From positions 25,461,884-25,525,883 of the forward strand of contig NC_068986.1 in assembly GCF_001194135.2 (NCBI RefSeq): a DNA stretch of 64,000 nt, written 5' to 3'. The position numbers and the translations under genes are program-made. The notes below the pieces were generated by a model. It was not told the origin of the DNA, made no database searches, and was given only the letters and a program-made list of their open reading frames with translations. Numbering within the stretch: the first letter of the stretch is position 1; each line of letters opens with the position of its first letter. This DNA comes from Octopus bimaculoides (lineage: Eukaryota). Positions 1-12,924 of the stretch are shown one piece after another.

Positions 1-1017
1 ATCATTACCTTACTGGAAAACAAGCAAGGGTTGGTAACAGAAAGAGCATCTAATCATCAAAAATCTGTCTCAATGAATTCCATTTGATTCATGCACCACC
101 ATGGGAAAGCGGACATTCATTAAACTGATGATGATGATGATGAAAATAAGATAACATGAAAATACTCCTACATTACCATTTACAAAATTATATTCAGTCA
201 TTACAGAACTGCTTAATACCAGGCACTGCCAGTTTCATTGGCTATAATATATAATTCAATATTCCAAGTCATTATTTTCATTTACATATGCTTCCTTGCA
301 AAGTAATATTCCACCACCAGCCAGCATGGGTGATTTACGTCTAATCCCAGCTGTTACTAAAATATTCCATCTGAATGTGAGCGTTTCTAATAGTAACCAG
401 TGCTAAGATAGCGTCAGTGATTTCTTTAGATTTGGCACAAGACTCCATTTGTTTATTTTCTAATTTTTTTTCCCTTTTGATATTCATTTTATTTATTTGT
501 ATGTATATATATATATATATATATGTTGTAGGGGGTTCTGTATTGTCAAAGGAATGCATTACAGTATTTTGCTGATATTTATGTTTAGAGAGCCCCACCC
601 CCCACTCACCCTCCACGTGACCCCATCTCCTCTGAATCCTGGAAGGATGAAATAAATGTAAAGCTAATCCTTGTGGGCCTGGAACTAAGAACAGCAAGGA
701 ATGAAACGAGATACAAAGCCTACAAGTGATCTTGTAGGTGGTAATATGACCTGCTAGAAATAGCAACCAAATTCCCTTCATATTACATGATCACATTTTT
801 ATTTCTGCGCCGTACACTTTTGCGCATTGGTCCATCTTTGGAAAGGCCTCATAGCCTATTACTTTTTATATGTAAGGAGATTGTTAGTCCCTCACCTATT
901 CCTTTTCCATTTCCAGAGAAAGGGATGTTGTGGTTGATTTCCCATGAACTTGTCATTGCTGATTCTGGGAGAAAAACTGATCACCCCTCGAGTAAGTGCC
1001 TTCTGCAACAGCCCCTG

Positions 1018-1380
1018 GTTGACCAAAGCCTTTGAAGGGTTTTAGTCAAATAAATTGATCCCCGTATTTATGCTTCAATTTTTAAAGTCTGGTACTTATT
1101 CTATTGGTCCCTTTTCCCAAACTGCTAAACTATGGGAACATAAACAAACCAACACTGGGTGTCAAGAGGTGAGAGTTATGAACATGAATACAAAAACACA
1201 CAAACATGCAAATATATCTATACTACTGGCCTCCATACAGTTTCCATGTACCAAGTTCATTTGCAAGGCATTGTTTGGCCTGGGGCTATAATAGAAGACA
1301 CTCTCGCCTCATGGTGGGACTGAACCCAAAACCAAGTGGTTAAAAAAAAAAGTTTCTTAACCATACAGCTATTCCTGTGT
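1018..1380 (-). mobile_element. Degenerate family A SINE
   Basis: Reverse-complement match (tacttattctattggtc..ttttcccaaactgctaa..ctatagtagaagacac-like). Confidence 0.7.
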
Positions 1381-2191
1381 AGTGGAAGATATGCACAAAG
1401 ACACAAAAAAAAAGAAAGAAAAAAATCAGGTTAGCCATGAACGGAATGTCTTAGATCACAGTTCTGCTTAATCAGGATTGACCTGGAAGCTAAAGAAGAA
1501 GGAGGTGGTGGTGGTGGTGGTGGTGGTAGTGCCACCGCCACCACTGCTACCGCTGCTGCCCTAACAGCTTCTAGTAGAATGTTTTACTGCCTTAGCTATC
1601 CACCCGTATCTTACTGCATTTCACTGAGAGATAAAATAACACCAAACTTTAAGAAAGTTTTCATTATCAGCAACTTTAAAAATCTTTGTGATGAATTTTT
1701 GTTGCAAGGGGGGTGGGGATAAGGAGAACTCAACAACAGCAGAAACAGTTCTACCATAGCACATCCTTCATCCTGTCTCTGACTCTCCATCATGCACATT
1801 CACTGCCATATTTTTTTATTTTCAACTCTTCCATAAATATATATTTGCAGTGTTAGAAATAACTGGTTGACTACTTTTGATATTATTTTTTTCCTGTTCA
1901 TTTTAACTCTTACCATATATATATTTATATNNNNNNNNNNNNNNNNNNNNNNNNNNNNNNNNNNNNNNNNNNNNNNNNNNNNNNNNNNNNNNNNNNNNNN
2001 NNNNNNNNNNNNNNNNNNNNNNNNNNNNNNNNNNNNNNNNNNNNNNNNNNNNNNNNNNNNNNNNNNNNNNNNNNNNNNNNNNNNNNNNNNNNNNNNNNNN
2101 NNNNNNNNNNNNNNNNNNNNNNNNNNNNNNNNNNNNNNNNNNNNNNNNNNNNNNNNNNNNNNNNNNNNNNNNNNNNNNNNNNNNNNNNNNN

Positions 2192-3095
2192 GCTTACCAA
2201 CCATATGGTTCCGGGTGCAGTCCCACTGCGTGGCATCTTGGGCAAGTGTCTTCCACTATAGCCTCGGGCCGATCAAAGCCTTGTGAGTGGATTTGGTAGA
2301 CGGAAACTGAAAGAAGCCCGTCGTATATATGTATGTGTGTTTGTGTGTCTGTTTGTTTGTCCCCCACCACCATCGCTTGACAACCGATGCTGGTGTGTTT
2401 ACGTCCCCCGTAACTTAGCGGTTCGGCAGAAAGGGGCCAATAGAATAAGTACTAGGCTTACAAAGAATAAGTCCTGGGGTCGATTTGCTCGACTAAAGGT
2501 GGTGCTCCAGCATGGCCGCAGTCAAATGACTGAAACAAGTAAAAGAGTAAAAGAGTATATAGTAAATCCCCCCCAAAAACGAAGAACAAACACAAAAAAA
2601 CAACAACGCAAGGATGTGGTACATGTAAAGTATTAGCAGACGCTCAGGGAAGGAAAGAAAGGTGATTTAATGTTTCGAGCAAAGCTCTTCTTCAGAAACA
2701 GAGGAAAGTCCAATAGAAAAGGAAAACAAAGGGAAAAAAAATTGCCAACAATTCACATAGATGCTGGTATCACTGTGGTAAGAAGCTTGGTTCCCAACCA
2801 CATGGTTCTAAGTTCAGTCCTACTTGGCTCCTTCAGCAAGCATCTTCTATAACCTTGTGAGTGGATTTGATAGAGGGAAACTGATAGAAGCCCATCGTGT
2901 GTGTGTGTTAGTGTGTATCTTTGTTCTCCACCACTGCTTGATGACTGCTGCTGGTGCGTCTACAGTTCCTTAACTTAGTAGTTCTGCAAAAGAGACCAAT
3001 ATGTTCTGGGATCAATTCGTTTGACAGAAATTCCTCAAGGCGATGCCCCAGCATGGCCACAGTCTAAATGACTAAAACAAGTAAAAGATAAAAGA
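2192..3095 (+). mobile_element. Two family A SINE copies (about 2192-2555 and 2772-3095)
   Basis: Match the family A head, core and tail; the first is truncated by an N-gap. Confidence 0.8.
2665..2699 (-). ncRNA. Degenerate minimal hammerhead motif in a Penelope-like repeat remnant
   Basis: Minus strand reads GTTT-CTGAAGA-A-GAGC-TTT-GCTC-GAAA-CAT-T-AAAT. Core and stem II are intact; stem III is ACAT (ACGT with CpG decay). Confidence 0.45.
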
Positions 3096-3757
3096 GTTAT
3101 GTATATTTTTGCAAAACTGGAAATAGCTGGCAAATTATTTTAATTTGATTAAATTTTTTTCATTTTATTTTTCAAATTTTATTGTTATTCTGTTTCATTT
3201 ATTTATTAAAAATTTTTTTTTTTTTTATCTGTTAATGTGGCAACAGGAATGCTTTGCTTCAGACAATTATGTAATTCCAGTGAAATACATATCTTGTCTT
3301 TACTGTCTTTGCTATCTTTCAGTTCTACCCAGCTGTTAACAATCATATATAATATACACATACATACATACATACATATATACATACGTACCCTCTCACA
3401 CACACGCACACATGCATGTGATCCTCTCTTCTGCTCACTTCATTTTGTCCCCTTCTACCTTCTGCTCATCTCTACCTCTTCCCCCTCTGTCCCTCTGTTT
3501 GCCTGTCTGCTTGTCTCTCTGTTTCTCCCTCTCTCCTCTCTTTCTCTCTCTCTCTCTCTCCCTCTCTCCTTCTCTCTCTGCAGGATGGTGGCTAGGAGTG
3601 TCCCCCTCTCCATCTTTCCTTTTTTGTTCACTTGTGTTTGTGAGTGTATGTATGTGTATATATATGTATGTGTTTATATATTTGTATAGGGGTGTGTGTA
3701 TACATGTGTATGTATGAAGTGTATATGTATATATGTATTTATGTATGTGTTTGTGTA

Positions 3758-3798
<41 letters not shown>

Positions 3799-4318
3799 GC
3801 ATGTGTGTGGATATATATGTATGTNNNNNNNNNNNNNNNNNNNNNNNNNNNNNNNNNNNNNNNNNNNNNNNNNNNNNNNNNNNNNNNNNNNNNNNNNNNN
3901 NNNNNNNNNNNNNNNNNNNNNNNNNNNNNNNNNNNNNNNNNNNNNNNNNNNNNNNNNNNNNNNNNNNNNNNNNNNNNNNNNNNNNNNNNNNNNNNNNNNN
4001 NNNNNNNNNNNNNNNNNNNNNNNNNNNNNNNNNNNNNNNNNNNNNNNNNNNNNNNNNNNNNNNNNNNNNNNNNNNNNNNNNNNNNNNNNNNNNNNNNNNN
4101 NNNNNNNNNNNNNNNNNNNNNNNNNNNNNNNNNNNNNNNNNNNNNNNNNNNNNNNNNNNNNNNNNNNNNNNNNNNNNNNNNNNNTGGTGGGAGAGGGGGC
4201 AGTGTTGGTGTATTCGTGTATTTTTTCCAGAAATTCTCCATCCAGAAGTTTATTTATGACAAGGAAAACAGACCACATACTTTGTAAAAATAGAGTAAAT
4301 CACACAGATAGCTGGGGA

Positions 4319-4362
<44 letters not shown>

Positions 4363-5694
4363 GAAGAAGAAGAAGAAGAAGAATGATGAATTGTTTTTTA
4401 TGTTTTTTTAAATGTTTTAAAGTAAAAATCTCATGATTCCTATTAATATCTTTAAATAGATTCATCAAACATCATCATCATCATCATCACTTTTGTAGTC
4501 ATTGTGACCAGCATTGCCACCACTCTGTGCCGTCTCGGAGAAGTTTGCATGTGTGTGTGTGTGTGTGTGTTGGTGGTGTGGACCTATCACACACTGCTAC
4601 CAATAATGACCTTATCTCCAATACCATCACTGCTGCCACCCTAACCCTAACCACCATCAGCAGAAACAAATACACACATGCACCATGAATATTGGCTATT
4701 GATCTGCTACAAAATAGCAGTCAAATCCACCTCAAATCACATTGTACTCTCTTAGGAAATGAAAGGACATGCTGGATGATGCAGTTTTACATATCCTTTA
4801 AAAAGACAGGTTGGTCATGGCTGGACTGCTCAGTCAGAGTTGACCTGATGCTAAACAATAAAACAAGATTACTACCAACACCACTACCACCACCACCACC
4901 ACCACTTCAATCATCCCTACTGTCAACATCTTCGTTATTATGTTGCTGGCAGAATCATTAGAGTGTCAGAACAAACATCTTGCAGCATTTCTTCTGGATC
5001 CTCATATTCTGAGTTCAATTCCCATTGAGACCAACTTTGCATTTCATCCTTTGTGGGTCGATAAAATAAGAACCAGTCTGACACAAAAGCCAATGGTTTC
5101 AAAGTCAGCCATACCGTTTTTGCCATTCTTTCAGGGTTGATAAAATAAAGCACCAGTTATGTGCAAAGGTCAATGGTATCGAGGTCAGCTTTATCTTTCA
5201 ATTTTTTTGAGGTTGATGAAATAAAGTACCAGTCAAGTACTGAGGTTTATGGTACCAGCTTAACCCCTCCCCTCAAAATTGCTAGTCTTGTGTCTAAATC
5301 AAAAACCATTATTTTGTTATTAATTTAATATCTATGAAGTACCGCCTGACTTTGCCAGTACCGCCTGACTGGCCTTCGTGCCGGTAGCACATAAAAAGCA
5401 CCCACTACACTCTCAGAGTGGTTGGCATTAGGAAGGGCATCCAGCTGTAGAAACTCTGCCAGATCAGATTGGAGCCTGGTGCAGCCATCTGGTTCACCAG
5501 TCCTCAGTCAAATCGTTCAACCCATGCCAGCATGGAAAGCAGATGTTAAATGATGATGATGATGATGATGATGAAGTGGTTGATGTTAAGAATGGCATCC
5601 AGCTGTAGACCAGTGGTGTATGGTGGTTGTTGTCATTGGGTGTGCCGCCATACACAATTCCACCAAATGTCAAGCAGGAGTATAACAAAATCGT

Positions 5695-5885
5695 GAAGTA
5701 TATTTGCCACTTAAATGTGGCTAACCCTACTGTAGCTTGTAGCCCCAGGAAGACATCACCTCCAGCTGCCTATTGACACACTTTCTGTGTCCTAGCCAGC
5801 TGGAGGAGATGTCTTCCTGGGGCCATTAACTACAGTAGCATCCACCCTATAAGGGTTAGCCACATTTAAGTGGCAAATATACTTC
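5695..5885. mobile_element. Fold-back palindromic element (MITE-like)
   Basis: Perfect 34-bp outer arms (5695-5728 / 5852-5885); inner arms 5742-5768 / 5797-5823 match 26 of 27; innermost gacaca/tgtgtc. Confidence 0.7.
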
Positions 5886-6002
5886 TCGGTATCATGCAGC
5901 TACTGTTTATACCTCATTCAGAGATCTATTACTGCTAACATAACAAAAGTTTTCCATTAAGATTTGTGATGAAATTAATGAATAAGATTAATATTTATAA
6001 TA

Positions 6003-6427
6003 GGCGCAGGAGTGGCTGTGTGGTAAGTCGCTTACTTACGAACCACATGATTCCAGGTTCATTCCCACTGCATGGCACCTTGGGCAAGTGTCCTCTACTA
6101 TAGCCTCGGGCCGACCAAAGCCTTGTGAGTGGATTTGGTAGATGGAAACTGAAAGAAGCCCGTTGTATATATTTGTATATATATATGTATATGTATGTGT
6201 GTGTATATGTTTGTGTGTCTGTGGTTGTCCCCACAACATCGCTTGACAACCGATGGTGGTGTGTTTGCGTTCCCGTAACTTAGTGGTTTGACAAAAGAGA
6301 CCGATAGAATAAGTATTATGCTTCCAAAGAATAAGTCCTGGGGTCAATTTGCTTGACTAAAGACGGTGCTCCAGCACGGCCACAGTTAAATGACTGAAAC
6401 AAGTAAAAGAATAAAAGAGTAAAAGAA
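6003..6427 (+). mobile_element. Composite tRNA/CORE-like SINE (family A), full length
   Basis: Head ggcgcaggagtggctgtgtggtaag..ggttcattccc, CORE-like caccttgggcaagtgtc..agcctcggg, internal (TA/GT)n, 3' part ending gactgaaacaagtaaaaga(ataaaagag)n. Confidence 0.85.
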
Positions 6428-7465
6428 TGAATTTGCCATTTTCAATGGGTATGCAGTGCACACCCACAATATACGCTCCTGTTATGGCCACCATGTTAAA
6501 AATGGAATAAATAAGTGAAACATGGTCTCTGACCTAGAAGAATAATCACCCTAAATGAGAATTTACTCAAGACCATTTCAACCCAACACCATTAATTTTC
6601 CATCCTGGTGATTATGTCTATTGATTAATGCATTCCTAGAATTGGCAATTATGTATTATCACTTGATATCAGTGGTATGTAATGGTCATTGTCATTGGAT
6701 GTCCTGTCCCACACAATGCGACCAAATTTCAAGCAGTGGTTTAAAAAGATGTTTTGTGTTAAGATTTGTGATGAAATTAATAAGCAGGATTAATCTTTAT
6801 AATGAATTAGCCATTTTGGATAGGTGTGCAGTGTACACCTAGCACACCCAGTATATATGCCCTTGCTTAATATCTACTATAATAATGCTCTTGTGTTTTG
6901 CTCCGTCACAACATATGAATGAGAAAGGAAGGAGTGATAGATGAATGAAGAAGGAAGGGGTGATGGTAAACTGGTAGTGGGAGCGTTTCAACTCTGTGTG
7001 AGTATATGTGTGTGTATGTAAAAAGGGTGTATGTGAATGTTTGTGTGTGTGTGTGTGTGTGTGCAATGGAGGTGGGATGGTGAGCATCCAACACTGAAAA
7101 AAAAAATCAAACAGTGTTTCAACTCTGTGTGAGTATATGTGTGTATGTGTGTGCGTGTACAAGGGAAGTATGTGAGTGTTTGTATGTGTGAACCAGCGTT
7201 CTTTCAGTAACAAAAGATGATCAATGTCACATCTCCAAAGACAACCACTAGATAACATTGACAAGTGTATTAATTTGATTTACCATCCATATTTATATAT
7301 AAAGTACAATAATTAGCCGTCATTTTTGATAGCATGGGGCCAGCTACTTACCTTCTAATCACTTAGTACTGTAACACATTCAAATGAAGCAAGCTGGCAG
7401 AATTATTACAGTGCCAGACAAAATGCTCAGGGGTATTTCTTCCAGCTTCATTCTTCTGAGTTTAA

Positions 7466-7685
7466 CTCTTTTGATACCAACCCAGCTGAAACCGGCTCTG
7501 GCTCTGAGTACAAATGTCTTGTTTACATAAGTTTTGAATTAAAATCTTCCACCAAACTTTAGTCACAATTTATGTTCCTAACACTAGCTTAATGGTGACT
7601 AAGTTATTTTACTAAATTCTTTGTTATATTTAAAGTAATTGAAAGAAACACAGAGCATCTCAAAATAAATACAGTAACAAAAGGG
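7466..7685. mobile_element. TTAA-specific (piggyBac-type) MITE inserted in a SINE
   Basis: TTAA(7462-65)|ctcttttgatac ... gtaacaaaaggg|TTAA(7686-89); the interrupted SINE reads ctgagt-TTAA-atgccactgagg across the insertion. Confidence 0.8.
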
Positions 7686-8164
7686 TTAAATGCCACTGAG
7701 GCTGACTTTTGTCTGTCATCCTTTTAGTATAACAGATGCTGTTATACACTGTTATACACTGTTATTCACATTGTCGTAACTTTTGAATGATGTCACCCTA
7801 TTGGCTAAGTGGACAGGTCAACATTCCCTCTGAACAAAAAAACCAGTCCATCACAAGGTTACCCGGTTGCAGCCGAGTGGACTGGAGTAATGTGAAATGA
7901 AATATTTTGCTCAAGAACTCAATGTACCACCTCTTTGGGAATTGAAGCCATGATCTTGCAACTGTGGGTGTAACACCCTAACTGCTGCATCATGCGTCCT
8001 CACACACACACACACACACACACACATCTGTCATCAGCTTAATCTTTCTGGGCTAAGTTTTGGCTTCGTAAGCCCCCTGCCTTGTAATAACATAATTCAT
8101 ATCTCTCATTTGCATCTCTCACATATGCATGTGCAACAGGCACACAGTATTGCATACATTAAAA

Positions 8165-8675
8165 GAGCTTGCTTTGCAACCATGTGGTTTCAGGTTCAAT
8201 CCCACTGCACGATACCTTAGGCAAGTATCTTCAATGGCTTGTAAGTGAATTTAGTGGATGGAAACTCTGTGGAAGCCCATCATGTGATATGTGTGTTTGT
8301 GCCTGTGTTTTGTCACCTTCTTGCCTCTTCTTGACAGCTGGTGTTGGTTTGTTTTTGTCCCTATAACTTAGTGATTCAACAAAGTAACTGATATAATTAG
8401 TTCATCATCATCATCATCGTCGTCGTCTAACATCCGCTTTCCATGCTAGCATGGGTTGGATGATTTGACTGAGGACTGGTGGACCAGGAGGCGACACCAG
8501 GCTCCAATCTGATTTGGCAGTTTCTACAGCTGGATGTCCTTCCTAATGTTGTTCTAAACTTAAAACAAAAAACAAAAAAAAAACATAAATACTGGGGTCA
8601 ACTTGTGTGACTTAAAACCCTCGAAGACGGTGCCCTAGCATGGCCACAGTCCAATGATTAAGACAGGTAAAAGAC
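8165..8675 (+). mobile_element. Family A SINE interrupted by an RTE-tail element (about 8403-8550, minus strand)
   Basis: The SINE halves flank a (cat)n-taacatccgctttccatgctagcatgggttgg segment. Confidence 0.7.
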
Positions 8676-9287
8676 AATTATAATTTAGATTGCTTCAGAT
8701 TCTTGAAACATTTTTGGCTAAAAAAGAAAAAAACAAAGAACAAAGAAACAAATAGATTATAAAACAATGAAACAAACAAGAAAAACATTTAATGATGGAT
8801 TTTCGAAATGAAATTTTTTTGTTTTTATTTTCAATCTTTGGAATCACATGGAACAAATGGATGTCTGCACTGTTAAATATTTCAACCAAATAAACACAGC
8901 AAATTATGAACTCTTGCCAAAATACATAAGTACTTTCTGCAAAACCATTTCTTATATTTTATTTTGAATCACACTGCATACTTGCTTAATGTGTATNNNN
9001 NNNNNNNNNNNNNNNNNNNNNNNNNNNNNNNNNNNNNNNNNNNNNNNNNNNNNNNNNNNNNNNNNNNNNNNNNNNNNNNNNNNNNNNNNNNNNNNNNNNN
9101 NNNNNNNNNNNNNNNNNNNNNNNNNNNNNNNNNNNNNNNNNNNNNNNNNNNNNNNNNNNNNNNNNNCAGTGGCAGCAGTTTCAAATTTTGCCATTTTGGG
9201 GGAGGGGGTGTGTCGATTACATCGATCCAGAGGGATGAGTTGATTATCGACCCCGAAAGGATGAAAGGCAAAGTCAACCCCAGCGGA

Positions 9288-9336
<49 letters not shown>

Positions 9337-10224
9337 TGATGATCTGCTCATTAATTTGCCACTGAAGACCATTCATGCTTACAAAATGCATTACAAGTGA
9401 ATTTACAGGACGTGTGATATATATACAAGACATGTAACTATATAAAGCAAAGGGTGACGTACCAAGGATGTGTGTGTGTATGTGTGTATATATCTATATA
9501 TATTTAGATATATATATCATTGCTATTATGCAAAAGTATCATAAGTCCAAAACATTGCTTTTTCAGAAAAGAAACAAATAGTTTCACCATTCCATTTCTT
9601 TTTATATTAGCAGCAGTTTCAGTTTAACAAATATACATTGTTGAGTGCATAAAATTGTAACTCCATGCATATGATATTTTCAGTCAGAAATATTTTTGCA
9701 AAACTATTGTATGTGGGACTTACTACACTTTTGAAAAATGCTAGACCGTTTTACTACACTTTGGCAATTTTCATCTCAAACAGCTGGATATACAATAGTT
9801 TGGCCAAGACAACCAACTCCTGCAAGCAAAATTAAATATTGAAAAAAAAATCGCATTTGGTCAAATTTGGACATATGGCAATTTAACATAACAGCAACGA
9901 CATCATCATCATCATCGTTTAACGTCCGCTTTCCATGCTAGTATGGGTTGGACGATTTGACTGAGGACTGGTGAAACCGGATGGCAACACCAGGCTCCAG
10001 TCTGATTTGGCAGAGTTTCTACAGTTGGATGCCCTTCCTAATGCCAACCACTCCGAGAGTGTAGTGGGTGATTTACGTGTCACCTGCACGANNNNNNNNN
10101 NNNNNNNNNNNNNNNNNNNNNNNNNNNNNNNNNNNNNNNNNNNNNNNNNNNNNNNNNNNNNNNNNNNNNNNNNNNNNNNNNNNNNNNNNNNNNNNNNNNN
10201 NNNNNNNNNNNNNNNNNNNNNNNN

Positions 10225-10259
<35 letters not shown>

Positions 10260-10381
10260 TATATATATATATGCATATATATATATATGCATATATATGT
10301 ATATATGCATATATTTGTGCATATATATATGTGTATATATATATTTGTGTGTGTGTGTGTATATATATATGTGTGTGTGTA

Positions 10382-10419
<38 letters not shown>

Positions 10420-10640
10420 TATATACATAATCAAATAAGGTATTGATGTGTCTCAGGCAACATATTTGTGGTGTAGTACAGAGAGACAATAGAGTAATGC
10501 CATAGTAGGATGGTGAGAGGGGAGGAGCTATGCTACGAGAAGTAAAACTGAGTTAGGAAGAATGAACAGATGTGATAAGATACAGTATCACACTTGGGTT
10601 TTTCTTGGACTATTTCTCTCCGGACCTTCCCTCTTTCCTC

Positions 10641-10670
10641 TTTCTGACAAAGAACCATGCTCGAAATGTC
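10641..10670 (+). ncRNA. Second, more decayed copy of the same minimal hammerhead family
   Basis: TTT-CTGACAA-A-GAAC-CAT-GCTC-GAAA-TGTC, with upstream ttggac..ttcc..ct homologous to the 2665-2720 copy. G8 is lost, so probably inactive. Confidence 0.35.
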
Positions 10671-10841
10671 ACACACACACACACACCCCCATCTTTTTTC
10701 CCATCTTAAACTGAGCATCAACCAAATACATTCACTGTGTACATCCTATTGACTTTCCTTGTTTGTTTTTTTTTATTTTCATTTTGGATTTGCCATATAT
10801 ATATATAAATGTATGTCCACAAATATATATATAATACACTG

Positions 10842-10875
<34 letters not shown>

Positions 10876-10876
<1 letters not shown>

Positions 10877-11021
10877 CACACATTACTCCATATCCAGGAA
10901 AAGATAATTTATACACACACACATACACATACATTATTCCATATCCAGGAAGAGATAGTTTATACACAAACACACGCACACGCACACATACATACATTAC
11001 TCCATGTCCAAGAAGAGATAG

Positions 11022-11025
<4 letters not shown>
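10876..11025. repeat. Three-copy minisatellite embedded in (CA)n
   Basis: cacattactccatatccaggaaaagataatttat variants separated by CA runs. Confidence 0.8.
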
Positions 11026-11071
<46 letters not shown>

Positions 11072-11329
11072 TACATAGACATACAACAGGCTTCTTTTTC
11101 AGTTTCGGAATCTGCTCACAAGGCTTTTTTTACTGGTGCAAGGCTGTGACAAGCAACACATAATTGAAGGTGTTGCACAGTGGAACTGAACCCCAAAACA
11201 CATGATTCAGAGTCAAATATGTGGACCATGCAGTCATGCCTGCATCTTATACAGTACCTTTATTGGGTTATGGCTGCTCCCACTATACCGTTCCTTCCTA
11301 ATGCTGCTATGGTGTAGATATTGCAAGCA

Positions 11330-11622
11330 ATTTCCTTTCTCATTCTCTCTTTCTGTTTCTCTTTTTCTTCCCCTCTCTATCTCTATCTCTCTCTCTCTCA
11401 CTCCCTCTATTTCTTTCATATTTCCTCTCTTTCTCTTTTTGCCTTTGTCTCTCTCTCTCTCATTCTTTCTCTGTCTGCCTGTCTCTCTCACTGTGTCTCT
11501 GTTTTCCCTCTCACTCTCTCTTCATCTCTCTCATCCTCTCCTTAACTTTGTGTCTGTCTGTCTTTACCCCCCTCTCTCTCTTTCCCTCTCATTCTCTCTC
11601 TGGCTCTGTTTTTCTCTCTCAT

Positions 11623-11659
<37 letters not shown>

Positions 11660-11720
11660 TTCTCTCTCTCTCTCTCACACACACATTCTCTCTCCCCACA
11701 CTCTCCTTCTCTTCTCTCTG
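11330..11720. repeat. (CT)n-rich low-complexity tract
   Basis: Read directly. Numerous other (TA)n, (CA)n, (GATA)n, (ATT)n, (CAT)n and (GGT)n tracts occur throughout the window. Confidence 0.9.
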
Positions 11721-12924
11721 CCATTATGAAGATATATAATACAAAGTTGGCTACATTCTTCCTGTTTATTCTAACGCCCTTTGTTTTCTTCCCTAACTGG
11801 AATAAACCTCTTTTTTTTTCTCCTAACCTAGGTATTTCATTCACTCATTCATTCACAGACTTATGGAGCCTTTACATGGTTGCTTTCTTCACCTGTTAAA
11901 AATAGCTGCCAAACTTCTCTTAAATCACAACCTTAATGTCTTACAAAAAAGCTCAAAAGACACATATGACAATGTAGTCTTGGTTATTTATATAAATTAA
12001 AATAGATAAATAAATAAAATAAGGTATGATGGTCATGGTTGAAATGCCTTTGATCATAATTCTGTTTCATTAGGATTGACGTTGAAGGGCCAAGCAATAA
12101 GTAACACACACTTCTATTCACACACACACATACACATATAGTCTACTTATACAAATATGGGTTCCTGCCTATTCTCACTGAGATGACTGTGATGACACTG
12201 AAATAGGGGTGAAAGTGTTGGTTGTTCAGTGGGGTATGCCTTAAACTACCAATAGAAATGCTTAAAGCTGTCTTTATTGATTTTTGACTAACCCTTTCGT
12301 GGCCCTAATTCTAAACAAAACACTTTATGTGTTGCAATTAATTTTGAAAGTAATTAGTAATCAGGATAGAATTTAGTAAAATAACTTTGTTGGCATTTGG
12401 ATCATTGTCATTTAACATCACTTTTCGATGCCTGCATGGGTCAGTCAGTATTGGTTGAGGCATATTTTCTACAGCTGGATGCCCACCCTGTCACCAGCCC
12501 TCACCTGTAATATTACCCAATGACCACAACACACTGGAAATGAAAAGCATCACTTGTGTGATGATGCTCGTTTACAAATGTCACATGATGTTAAAACAAG
12601 GGTACACACAAACACATACACACATATGGTGGGCTTCTTCCAGTTACCACCTAACCCAAATCCACTCGCAAAGCTTTGGTCAGCCTAGGGCTATAGTAGA
12701 AGACACTTACCCAAGGTGTCACACAAAGAGGTTGACTCAAGACTACATGGTTTGGAAGCAAGGTTCTCAACCACCCAGGCATGCCTGTACCTTACTAAAT
12801 TAAAAAGATTCTGACTTGAAATTGCAATGGAAGGTGTAAACTTAACCACAACCATTTTATATGGAGAGGAACAGAAGGACCTTCAGGTGTGTTTATAGCA
12901 AAGGGACTGAAATTGTCTTTAATA

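Noticed and set aside
341-480. Minus ORF tail MESCAKSKEITDAILALVTIRNAHIQMEYFSNSWD
   Set aside because: No recognisable homology or convincing splice context.
3560-3620. Strong acceptor-like ctctctgcAG after (CT)n
   Set aside because: The pyrimidine tract is a microsatellite and the downstream frames are low-complexity with no donor.
4639-4652. ccctaaccctaacc as a telomeric relic
   Set aside because: Only two units inside a (CCA)-rich low-complexity stretch; expected by chance.
10876-11025. CRISPR-like repeat-spacer pattern (also 32747-33005)
   Set aside because: The spacers are CA/TA simple sequence, not unique; eukaryotic minisatellites with no cas genes.
11260-11310. GLWLLPLYRSF resembling COX11 YAAVPLYRLYC
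   Set aside because: Only PLYR matches; no transmembrane-helix or CQ context and no splice signals, so it is coincidental.
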